Below, one piece after another: positions 47,743-56,447 of a DNA stretch of 64,000 nt. The stretch's first letter is position 1. Each line of letters opens with the position of its first letter. The translations under genes were made by a program, and so were the position numbers. The DNA is from Euryarchaeota archaeon UBA52 (GTDB taxonomy: Archaea > Thermoplasmatota > Poseidoniia > Poseidoniales > Thalassarchaeaceae). Under the pieces are notes generated by a model. The model saw only the letters and a list, made by a program, of their open reading frames with translations, was not told the origin of the DNA and made no database searches. Location: assembly GCA_002505455.1 (NCBI GenBank), contig DAVB01000055.1, positions 11,710-75,709 of the forward strand, in the 5' to 3' direction.

Positions 47743-50024
47743 TGACTCACCCCCACAATAAGTACGAATATGGATAATGCGCCGACTGCGGCCATAAGGA
47801 TGTAATCACGTGTATTTCCTGTGGTATATGTTCGAATCCACATAGATCCGCTGACGCTTGTTCTCTCCACAAGCTTCACGATACCGTCGATGACATTCGC
47901 GTCGAACCATGCAGAGAAAGCGGACATGGGTGTGATTGTCTTGGAGATGGTCCACTGGTAGATGTCATCAAAGTGAAGGCGATTTTGCAGCGAGTCTGCG
48001 AGCCTGCTGTTTGCCATGCCTGACACATCCATGGGCTTGAATGCTGCAGAAAGACCGACTAGCCATGCGACCATCCCATTGGCCGACTCGCCGTCGGCGA
48101 GTTTGCCGCCATGGACCTTCATGGCGATGATTGGACCGACTAATGAGGACAATGCAATGGTGATGTATCCTACCACCATGAGTGCCTGTTTTTCAGGGAA
48201 GAAAGTATGCTTCAGCGCATCGACTACGCCCAGATGGAATCCAGCTTCCTCGCCACTGAGGAACTCGCCTACGTGCATGGATGCCAGAAGCGCGCCGGTT
48301 GTTGCAGTCACGATTGAGAGAGTGACCAGGGGCGTCTTGATCCATGGAGTTGACTCGTGGACGTGCGCAGATGCTTCATGTTTGGGCTGGCCGGCGAAGG
48401 TCATCATCCACATCCTAGTCATGTAGAAGCCCGTCATGCCGGCGGTCATCACCGCAAGGATCGCAGGACCAAGCAACAATGGCTCGTATTCGAGTGCTCC
48501 GAGCCAAGTTTCGGCGATTATAGCCTCCTTTGACCAGAATCCCCCGATAAGAGGTATTCCGATGATGGACATGCTTCCGAGCATCATTGCAATCGAAGTA
48601 ACTGGCATCTTTGAGGCCAGACCGCCCATGTTGCGCATGTCCTGCGGATCGAACTCCTCATGGTGATCGTCATTATGCCCATGATGGTGTAGGTCGTGAT
48701 GAGCATGGTGTACTTCGTGTATCACAGAACCGCTAGCCATGAAGAGCATGCCTTTCGCCATTGCGTGATTGAAGAGGTGGAACAAAGCGCCCCCTAAAAC
48801 GAAGTATCCCGCGTGGTGATGGTCAGCAGCAAGCAGGTATAGAGCGGATCCCAAACCAAGGAATATGTAGGCTAGTTGACTCATAGTTGAGTAGGCAAGT
48901 ACCTTCTTGATGTCATTCTGTACGAATGCTATGGAAGCGGCCATGAATGCGGTGATACCGCCAATCCATGCGACGATTAGACCGAGTTCTTCCATACCCG
49001 GAACGCCATGGTGGTATACGTCGACAAATGGGACCATGCGAGCCACCAGATAGAGACCTGCGTTTACCATCGTAGCCGCGTGGATGAGTGCTGATACAGG
49101 GGTTGGTCCCTCCATTGCATCGGGCAACCAGACATGTAGAGGGAACTGGGCAGACTTCCCAACGCAACCAATGAACAGCATTAACAAGGCAGGCTGTAGT
49201 TTCGACGCCTCGACTACTGTTCCACCAACACCGGTGGATGGGTCGTCGAAAACAACTGCGAAGTCGAGTGACCCGTAAATGTCGTAAAGCATGAGTAAGC
49301 CAACCATGAGGAATACATCTCCGACTCTTGTTGTCATGAATGCCTTCTTTGCAGCGGCGGCCGCACTCTCTTTCCAATAGTAGAATCCAATGAGAAGATA
49401 TGAGCATAGACCCATAATCTCCCAGAATATGAACAGCCAAAGGAAGCTATCTGCGAGAACCATGCCGAACATGCCCATGCTGAACAAGATGAACTCGGCG
49501 AAAAACCGATGATTTCGGTTGGAGTTGATTTCATCTGTTGTCATATATCCTATTGCAAACCAACAAATTAGGAAACAGAGGAATGTTGCTACGAATAGCA
49601 ACATGATGCTTACCGAATCGAGCCATATCCCAAATGATATGTTGGTGAATCCGGCGTCCACACTCCATTGTGTTCCGTCGTGACTCAGGACATCGAAATT
49701 CAGCCAGGTTATTGAGTCGCCATGGACTTTCTTTTCATGGAGGCTCAGAAAATGGACGATCATCCAGAAAGCTGCTATGAGCGATACGGCTAACGATGCA
49801 AGTGCGAGTATTCCGCCCTCCTTGAGTTTCCCCACCCATATGTCGTTTCCATTCCAAATCTGCCCCACTAGCAGAACAATCGGGAACATGAGAAAAGGGG
49901 CAAGGATTGCAGCGAAACCGAGATCTAGCGGTTCTACCCCCAATACCGCCAGAATTGGGACGATAAGCAATGCTGGCAATAACGGAAGGAGCAAATTCCA
50001 CTCCTGTTGATGTTTATCGCCCAT
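47739..50024 (-). CDS. nuoL: Complex I-like subunit L
   Basis: WEIMGLCSYLLIGF, KSAQFPLHVWLPDAMEGPTPVSALIHAATMV, GF.SKE. Confidence 0.96.
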   Translation of the reverse strand: MGDKHQQEWNLLLPLLPALLIVPILAVLGVEPLDLGFAAILAPFLMFPIVLLVGQIWNGNDIWVGKLKEGGILALASLAVSLIAAFWMIVHFLSLHEKKVHGDSITWLNFDVLSHDGTQWSVDAGFTNISFGIWLDSVSIMLLFVATFLCFLICWFAIGYMTTDEINSNRNHRFFAEFILFSMGMFGMVLADSFLWLFIFWEIMGLCSYLLIGFYYWKESAAAAAKKAFMTTRVGDVFLMVGLLMLYDIYGSLDFAVVFDDPSTGVGGTVVEASKLQPALLMLFIGCVGKSAQFPLHVWLPDAMEGPTPVSALIHAATMVNAGLYLVARMVPFVDVYHHGVPGMEELGLIVAWIGGITAFMAASIAFVQNDIKKVLAYSTMSQLAYIFLGLGSALYLLAADHHHAGYFVLGGALFHLFNHAMAKGMLFMASGSVIHEVHHAHHDLHHHGHNDDHHEEFDPQDMRNMGGLASKMPVTSIAMMLGSMSIIGIPLIGGFWSKEAIIAETWLGALEYEPLLLGPAILAVMTAGMTGFYMTRMWMMTFAGQPKHEASAHVHESTPWIKTPLVTLSIVTATTGALLASMHVGEFLSGEEAGFHLGVVDALKHTFFPEKQALMVVGYITIALSSLVGPIIAMKVHGGKLADGESANGMVAWLVGLSAAFKPMDVSGMANSRLADSLQNRLHFDDIYQWTISKTITPMSAFSAWFDANVIDGIVKLVERTSVSGSMWIRTYTTGNTRDYILMAAVGALSIFVLIVGVSQ

Positions 50025-50034
50025 ATTTCTCACC

Positions 50035-50337
50035 TCAATTCCTCAGCAAAGTAGCCTCATCAAGAGATATTGTCTCTTGGGTACTGTAAAGCGAGAGAAG
50101 AATTGCAAGGCCGATGGCAACTTCAGCGGCAGCGATGGCGATGGCCACGGCAGTGTAGACCCACCCCTCCACGCCACCCGTATTTAGGGCGCCAGCGACG
50201 AAGTTGAGGTTCGCAGCATTGAGCATAAGTTCGATACACATCAAAACTACAATGCCATTCTTCCTAGAGAATGTTCCAATCAATCCAATGCCAAATAGAA
50301 TGGCTGCAAGTCCAGCGATCCACGATGGATCAATCAT
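50035..50337 (-). CDS. nuoK: Complex I-like subunit K
   Basis: IELMLNAANLN, AAAEVAIGLA. Confidence 0.95.
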   Translation of the reverse strand: MIDPSWIAGLAAILFGIGLIGTFSRKNGIVVLMCIELMLNAANLNFVAGALNTGGVEGWVYTAVAIAIAAAEVAIGLAILLSLYSTQETISLDEATLLRN

Positions 50338-50684
50338 TCCTCTTCACCTCCATTGGCTTCGGACAGTACTGTAGATGATGTTGACCTTACAGCAGCAGGC
50401 GGGAGCCCGATCTGAGGGGTTTCAACTTCTTGACCGAGATCCCAAGTCAGGTTAGCCAATCTCTCATCCCTGACAAGATATGAGGCTCCGATCATAGCCA
50501 TGCTAAGAAGCAGGCCCAAGACCAACGTCATCATGTTCCAGTCATCCAACATGGCGAAAGCAAAAGACGAGGTGGTTGGGGGTTGTGATGACTCTGACCA
50601 GCCATCATATGCCATAGTTTCACTCAGCAGCACGAGTACGAGTACCGTTACTCCGACCCTTGCTAGGAATCCCAGCGCCCTCAT
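50334..50684 (-). CDS. Complex I-like subunit J, C-terminal part (J2)
   Basis: Position between J1 and K; 'LGLLLSMAMIGASYL' NuoJ last-helix pattern. Confidence 0.7.
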   Translation of the reverse strand: MRALGFLARVGVTVLVLVLLSETMAYDGWSESSQPPTTSSFAFAMLDDWNMMTLVLGLLLSMAMIGASYLVRDERLANLTWDLGQEVETPQIGLPPAAVRSTSSTVLSEANGGEEE

Positions 50685-50947
50685 TCGATGTCGCCCTCCT
50701 GTATCTGGCGTCGGGTGAGCATCACCCCGAATTGGACAACCAGCATGACCGATCCAAGATACACCAGTATCTGTACGGCTGCAAGCATCTCAGCCTCGGC
50801 GAGTATGAAAACGCCGGCGACGGCTAGGAAAGTCATCATCAGGGAGAGTAGTGAATGGGCTACCCGTCGAGCATAGACGCAACCTATGGCACCTGCAATG
50901 GCTATCGCGGCGAATAGGAGGAAGACTACTTCTTCGGGAGTGAGCAT
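50681..50947 (-). CDS. nuoJ: Complex I-like subunit J, N-terminal part (J1)
   Basis: HS.L.L...F..VAG.F....AE.LA.VQILVY.G.V..V..F.VML; ATG at 50947. Confidence 0.88.
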   Translation of the reverse strand: MLTPEEVVFLLFAAIAIAGAIGCVYARRVAHSLLSLMMTFLAVAGVFILAEAEMLAAVQILVYLGSVMLVVQFGVMLTRRQIQEGDIE

Positions 50948-50951
50948 TTGA

Positions 50952-51947
50952 TCATGCTCCTGAAGACGCCTGAGCTGCCTTAGCTGCCTTCTTCTCTCGC
51001 TTGGTCTTCTCTTTCTTGGCCCTCTTCTCGAGTTCCATATCCACCCTCTCTTTGTGAACAGACGGAAGGACTCGGGTCCTATCTGCATCGAACCAAAGAT
51101 CTTGTCGAGAGTATCCTGACATCCCATCATACTCATTCGTCATGAAGAATGACTCGAAGGGGCAAGCCTCTGCACAAAGTCCGCAGAACATGCATCTCCC
51201 AATATCAATGCGGCCTGATACTATGTCCTGTTCAGCCGGCTTCAGATCCGTGACGGGGATATCCTCGACGCTCCCTCCATTGGACCATTTTATGGTAGCA
51301 ATGGAGCCTGTGAGATCGATTACCTCTCCAAAATCATACTCCTGGGGTGCTGCAGTATGGTCATTTACGAGATCGAAGTTTTCTGCAGCGCTATTATCGC
51401 TTCTTGGGAGAGCAGCATGACCTCCGACCTCGATATCGCTGCCATATCCGTGCCACTCATCTCCCTTTTCTGCTGTATCCAGAACATTGACTCTTGTCTC
51501 TGTGGTCATGTGTAAGCAATCATTCGGACATGCACGCACACATGCTTTGCATGCAGTGCATGTTTCCCATATGATGCCAATTCGACCGTTGTACGCTCCG
51601 GGAACGAAAAGCCAAGGCTCCAGATCTTCAAGTCGCTCATACGGGTACATAACCGTGACTGGCCTCTCTACGAAGGGCATTACATCAGTTGCTTCACGAT
51701 CGGCAGCATAGGAGTCAGAATCTGCCCACTTCATCGAAACGTGATCCGAACCGACTCTTCTCTCCGTAAATCCGTCCGTCATACTGACTCTCTTGTTGTG
51801 GTAATCATTGTGAAGGAATGGCAGGCGTCCGACGAAGGGTATTGTCCTCAAGGCCGTCTTCAGAGTGATCCACATAGGACGGATCACTAGGTTCCTGAAA
51901 TTAGGCTGGGCATGTGGATGCCCGCTTCTGAAATCATAATGCTCCAT
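50952..51947 (-). CDS. nuoI: Complex I-like subunit I (2x[4Fe-4S]) with large insertions
   Basis: VT..YP.E, CTACKACVRACP and CMFCGLCAEACP. Confidence 0.9.
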   Translation of the reverse strand: MEHYDFRSGHPHAQPNFRNLVIRPMWITLKTALRTIPFVGRLPFLHNDYHNKRVSMTDGFTERRVGSDHVSMKWADSDSYAADREATDVMPFVERPVTVMYPYERLEDLEPWLFVPGAYNGRIGIIWETCTACKACVRACPNDCLHMTTETRVNVLDTAEKGDEWHGYGSDIEVGGHAALPRSDNSAAENFDLVNDHTAAPQEYDFGEVIDLTGSIATIKWSNGGSVEDIPVTDLKPAEQDIVSGRIDIGRCMFCGLCAEACPFESFFMTNEYDGMSGYSRQDLWFDADRTRVLPSVHKERVDMELEKRAKKEKTKREKKAAKAAQASSGA

Positions 51948-51950
51948 AAC

Positions 51951-53474
51951 TTACTCCCTCCTACCAGGATATGCTTTGTCGAGTGTCTGTGTATGGTATA
52001 TCCTGTTCGAGCTCTCTAATGCCTCTTTATCTTCATCAATAGCCAACACGACGAATATGGCGAGGCTTCCCAAGGTCATTACTGGGGCGAGCCAAAATGG
52101 CCATGCTCCATCCCAGAATGCGACTCTCATAATCATTGCAAGGGCGAGATTGAGGATTGAAAGTGGCAGAAGGTATCTCCAACCAAACTCCAGTATCTGA
52201 TCTGTTCTGATTCTGTGAAGAGAGGCGCGTACCCAGACGAAGAGTGCGAACATCAGATATGCTTTGATGAGTAAAATGGCGATGCCGGGGGTCATTTTTG
52301 CAAGGAATGCAAATAGCCCTCCTACGAAAGGAAGTCCGATGAGCGTGTCTTGGAAGGGAAGTTCCCAACCACCGAGGAAGAATAGTGCAAAGAGGATGCA
52401 TGCTGCATAAGCACGCATCATCTCGACTGCAAACATCAGACCCCAGCGGATGCCGCCATACTCTGTCCACCATCCCTCGACGAGTTCTGCTTCTGCTTCA
52501 GGCATGTCAAACGGTATGCGCTCGACTTCTGCGATCATGGTGACGATGAAAAGCACTGCGCCGAGGGGCAAAAGGAAGATGTTCCATGTATCTGACGACT
52601 GAATCTGGAAATCGACGATTTCGATGATATTGAATGAGCCGCTCAAAACAGCAATTCCGAGTACTGTAACGAGTAGTGGGATTTCGTAAGCCGTTAGCTG
52701 AGCAGCTGACCGCATCCCGCCAATCAGCGTATATTTGTTGTTTGAAGCCCAACCAGCGAAGAATACACCCAACGGTGCGACGCCGAATATGGCCATCATA
52801 AATACCAATGAAAGTTCTGGGTTTGCCGCCCAGATGTGCGGGCCAAAAGGAATGAATGCATAGACCATGACCGTGGTTGAGATGATTATCACTGGTGCGA
52901 CTTCGAAAACTAAGCGATCAGCCTTCTCAGGAACAATGTGCGCCTTTGTATTGAACTTCACGAAATCTGCTACAGCAGCCACAAAGCCTGGAAGTAGGAA
53001 CCAAATTCCATGATACCCCCTATCTCCAACTCTGGTTACCGACTCAGTATGGTGGTCATTTCCAAAATTCTTGTTTAATGCGCGATTGACGGCGCCTATT
53101 GGTGCGCCTAGACCAAATGGAAGTGCATTCCACCATTCTCCAGCAGTGACGCCGCCTTCGCCAACCCACAGGCTTCTTGCACTCATTGTGTTTCCAAACC
53201 TATCCATCAATCTCCCAATGAATTTTCTCTCGATGTACGGGACAATGATTAGTGTAATCATCATGGTAGCGAAGACCACTGTGCACATCACGGATGTGAA
53301 TATGAAGATATGAAGCCCTGGTTGAATTGAGGAGAATGTCTCCTGTAAATTGATGGAACCTAGAGGTCCGAGACCGATATCCGAGGAGGGCATGAGGTTG
53401 TGAGTCTTATCGAGGGTCCATCCAATGATGGAACCCATCCACCCTCTAATGTTGAGCCAGTCACTACTTGCCAT
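51951..53474 (-). CDS. nuoH: Complex I-like subunit H
   Basis: ERK..GR..DR.G, GWASNNKY.L.GG.RS.AQ...YE, R.PFD.PEAE.ELV.G...EY.G. Confidence 0.94.
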   Translation of the reverse strand: MASSDWLNIRGWMGSIIGWTLDKTHNLMPSSDIGLGPLGSINLQETFSSIQPGLHIFIFTSVMCTVVFATMMITLIIVPYIERKFIGRLMDRFGNTMSARSLWVGEGGVTAGEWWNALPFGLGAPIGAVNRALNKNFGNDHHTESVTRVGDRGYHGIWFLLPGFVAAVADFVKFNTKAHIVPEKADRLVFEVAPVIIISTTVMVYAFIPFGPHIWAANPELSLVFMMAIFGVAPLGVFFAGWASNNKYTLIGGMRSAAQLTAYEIPLLVTVLGIAVLSGSFNIIEIVDFQIQSSDTWNIFLLPLGAVLFIVTMIAEVERIPFDMPEAEAELVEGWWTEYGGIRWGLMFAVEMMRAYAACILFALFFLGGWELPFQDTLIGLPFVGGLFAFLAKMTPGIAILLIKAYLMFALFVWVRASLHRIRTDQILEFGWRYLLPLSILNLALAMIMRVAFWDGAWPFWLAPVMTLGSLAIFVVLAIDEDKEALESSNRIYHTQTLDKAYPGRRE

Positions 53475-53483
53475 ATCTCTGCC

Positions 53484-54620
53484 TCACCTGTCTGTCTCTC
53501 CAATACAGGGATCGAATGATCCCATAATTGCGGGGATGTCTGCAACCTTGTATCCAATCATACACTTCGATGCGTAAGGTATTGTGATAAACATAGGAGA
53601 ACGTATGGAAACCCGGTAGGGGTTCTTGCCCCGGCCGTCTCCTCCTCCCACGATATGGAACATTGACTCCCCCCTACTATCTTCGAAATGATGGGAGCCG
53701 AATGTTCCCTCTGGCGCTCTTGATGGCGCCTTGGCGAGAATAGCAGGGTCGCCTGGTTCATGATGGGTTTCAGAGCCCCCGGGGATTCTATCAAGTGCCT
53801 CGAGGACCATATTTGCTGATTCTACCATCTCGGTTACTCGCACTCGATATCGATCATAGCAATCAGCTCCCTTGACCGAGGACCTCTCGACAGCGGGGGC
53901 CCAATCCAACTCAGAGTATACCGAATACGGATGAGCCCAGCGAACATCGTAATCGACACCTGCAGCTCGAACGTTTGGCCCGGTTACTCCGTGGTTCACC
54001 ATCTCTTCGGCTTTCGTATATCCAACACCCTGAGTTCGTACGAGGAAAACTGTACTCTCATCGAAGAGCGACTCATACTCCTGGATTCTCTGTTTGAAGA
54101 GGTCTAGCTTTGCTCTGGCGCGCTGTGCGAAGCCATAGGGAAGATCTCGCTTCACCCCCCCGATTCTTGGGAAGTTGTAATGCATCCTTGATCCGCCCAA
54201 CTCCTGTAATAGATCCATCATCATCTCACGTTCTCTGAGACACCAAACCATGATCGATAGATTACCGATATCTGGTCCATAAGCACCAAGCCACATGAGA
54301 TGGCTAGCGATTCTCTGAAGTTCGACTGCGATTAGCCGGATGTATTCCGCTCTCTCGGGAACTTCCACCTCAAGCAGATCTTCAGCAGCATAAATGTAGG
54401 CATGGGACCAAGTATTCGCACTCGCATAGCAGAGTCGGTCGCAATATGTGGTGATTTGAGTGAAGTCGCGAGACTCGCATATCTTCTCGACGCCGCGATG
54501 GATATACCCAAGATCGGGTTCCGTATCAACTACGGTTTCACCGTCTACTTTGACTTTCAAAGTCCAGAGTCCGTGAGTCATGGGGTGTTGAGGGCCCATT
54601 GAAATCCACATTTCTGCCAT
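53484..54620 (-). CDS. nuoD: Complex I-like subunit D
   Basis: GPQHPMTHG, GYIHRG.EK, DRLCY, EL.RIASHL, D....E.DR. Confidence 0.95.
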   Translation of the reverse strand: MAEMWISMGPQHPMTHGLWTLKVKVDGETVVDTEPDLGYIHRGVEKICESRDFTQITTYCDRLCYASANTWSHAYIYAAEDLLEVEVPERAEYIRLIAVELQRIASHLMWLGAYGPDIGNLSIMVWCLREREMMMDLLQELGGSRMHYNFPRIGGVKRDLPYGFAQRARAKLDLFKQRIQEYESLFDESTVFLVRTQGVGYTKAEEMVNHGVTGPNVRAAGVDYDVRWAHPYSVYSELDWAPAVERSSVKGADCYDRYRVRVTEMVESANMVLEALDRIPGGSETHHEPGDPAILAKAPSRAPEGTFGSHHFEDSRGESMFHIVGGGDGRGKNPYRVSIRSPMFITIPYASKCMIGYKVADIPAIMGSFDPCIGETDR

Positions 54621-54632
54621 AGATATACACCC

Positions 54633-55295
54633 TCACTTGACCCGTCCTGAGTCAGGAGACTTACGCAAGAATCCCTGAGCATCGTCATACATTTCCTCGA
54701 ATCCATGGTATCGAAGTTTGTGTTGTCTCTGGAGGGGATGATAGCCTGGCGGTGTTTCGTGCGGGTTTAGCACTCTTCGCATGCTCTGATGTCCATCAAA
54801 ATCAATTCCAACAAGATCCCAAGTCTCCTTCTCATTCCAATCAGCTCCAACCCATATGTCTTGAATCGAGGGTACGGAGGGCGTGCGTGTCTCGGGTATC
54901 GCTATGTTAACCTGAATTTCTATGGGGACTTCCGTCCCGCTCAACTTCTTTGGTTCTGTTATATTTGGGATAATTGAGGATCCGTCTTCTGTGATGAGTG
55001 GGTCCGTTACCCCTGTTCTTAGGAAGTGATAGATAACTTCCCAATTCTTCTCTGAAGAATCAGGCCAATGTATGCCTGTTATCATAGAGCAATAATCGAC
55101 TGCGTGATCGTATTTCATAGTCTCAGCGACCTTTCTCCAAGATGCTGGTTCGCATTGAAGATGGGCAATATTCCGGGTCTGGGTCCCGTTGGTTCTGGAA
55201 AGCACTTCTCCAGTGACACCTTCTATGGATGTGAGAGAATTTACGAGTTGCGTAGCGGCTTCGTTCTGGCCCTCAGCACTGACTCTCTTACCCAT
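54633..55295 (-). CDS. nuoC: Complex I-like subunit C
   Basis: PS...IW.GADW.E.ETWDL.GI.F.GH..MRR.L......HPL. Confidence 0.9.
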   Translation of the reverse strand: MGKRVSAEGQNEAATQLVNSLTSIEGVTGEVLSRTNGTQTRNIAHLQCEPASWRKVAETMKYDHAVDYCSMITGIHWPDSSEKNWEVIYHFLRTGVTDPLITEDGSSIIPNITEPKKLSGTEVPIEIQVNIAIPETRTPSVPSIQDIWVGADWNEKETWDLVGIDFDGHQSMRRVLNPHETPPGYHPLQRQHKLRYHGFEEMYDDAQGFLRKSPDSGRVK

Positions 55296-55299
55296 TTAA

Positions 55300-55308
55300 T
55301 CACCTCCT
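55300..55308 (-). promoter_or_regulatory. Shine-Dalgarno sequence for nuoC
   Basis: AGGAGGTGA on the minus strand, 4 nt before the ATG. Confidence 0.7.
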
Positions 55309-55905
55309 TCAATCATCACCAAGAATAAGGGGAACTTCGATTTCAGAGCGTCCCTCACTTGGGATCGCACCAATGCGAATTATTTTCTGTCGAAGTTTGG
55401 CAAACCCGTCGATAAGTGCTTCAGGCCTTGGAGGGCAGCCTGGGATGTACACGTCAACTGGAATTACTGTATCAACACCCTCGAGAATATTGTAAGATTG
55501 GAAGTATGGCCCACCTGAGATAGCACATTCTCCCATGGCTATGCACCACTTGGGTTCAGGCATCTGCTCCCAGAGTCGGACGAGTGGATCGGCGAATTTC
55601 TTGCTGACTGGCCCGTTGACCAACAGTACGTCACACTGTCGTGGGCTTGAACGGAAGAAAACGCCGAAACGCTCAGCGTCGAATCGACTTGCTCCAGCAG
55701 CGGCCATCTCGAGAGCGCAGCATTTTATTCCAAGATGAAGAGGGAAGAGAGACTTTCTCTGTCCCCAATTGAAAAGTCGTCCTGCTAGGACTCCTATGAC
55801 GTCCTTGATTCTTGATGCTTTGAGGGCCTCATCAGTTACATGGCCCACGGTATCCACCAGTATCCTGCTGTTGAAAACTGAGAAATTCTGATCTTCATCT
55901 GCCAT
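55309..55905 (-). CDS. nuoB: Complex I-like subunit B
   Basis: CCALEM, SPRQ.D, QMPEPKW.IAMG.C..SGG, PVDVYIPGCPPRPEAL. Confidence 0.96.
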   Translation of the reverse strand: MADEDQNFSVFNSRILVDTVGHVTDEALKASRIKDVIGVLAGRLFNWGQRKSLFPLHLGIKCCALEMAAAGASRFDAERFGVFFRSSPRQCDVLLVNGPVSKKFADPLVRLWEQMPEPKWCIAMGECAISGGPYFQSYNILEGVDTVIPVDVYIPGCPPRPEALIDGFAKLRQKIIRIGAIPSEGRSEIEVPLILGDD

Positions 55906-55916
55906 TCATTGCCACC

Positions 55917-56363
55917 TCAAATGTATATCCTGCCCCTCTTCCGGAAGACATGCCAGACCCCGAGACTCATGAGTAAGACGAAGACGGACATGGTGACTAG
56001 AGCGGCAATCACATCCGATTGGGAAAGATTCGAATCGATGACAATGATGCCTCCGAACGCAAGGAACATGAATGCGATATCGAACACCAGGAAGATGATA
56101 GCGTACCAGTAATATTGGAAATGGAAGTTTATGTGTGCCTCGCCCAACGGCTCTGCTCCACATTCGTATGTCGATGTAGCTCGGGGGTAAAGTGAGTGAT
56201 CTCGCTCATATCCCGGCAACAATATTGATCTTACTTTGGACCGATTATTCGGATCTTCTGTGGGTCTGAGGAAGTATGAAGCGATGAACGCACCGACTGG
56301 AAATCCGATGCCTACAAGCGTCATTATGCCGAACGCAAGATAGGCCTCCGTAACGGTATCCAT
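55917..56363 (-). CDS. nuoA: Complex I-like subunit A
   Basis: YECG.EP.G.A...F..QYY.YAI.FLVFD; ATG at 56363. Confidence 0.92.
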   Translation of the reverse strand: MDTVTEAYLAFGIMTLVGIGFPVGAFIASYFLRPTEDPNNRSKVRSILLPGYERDHSLYPRATSTYECGAEPLGEAHINFHFQYYWYAIIFLVFDIAFMFLAFGGIIVIDSNLSQSDVIAALVTMSVFVLLMSLGVWHVFRKRGRIYI

Positions 56364-56447
56364 CCGCACCACCACAGACCCACGGGGGGTCAACGAACCA
56401 TCCCACCGGAAAATGCTCCATAAACCCATCCAATCAGATTGGGCTCA

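Noticed and set aside
50948..51136. N-terminal extension of the nuoJ ORF
   Set aside because: Alternative frame over the nuoI 3' end; NuoJ-like sequence begins at 50947
53484..55905. Group 4 [NiFe] hydrogenase
   Set aside because: The large subunit lacks complete CxxC pairs at both ends and keeps the quinone-site His/Tyr
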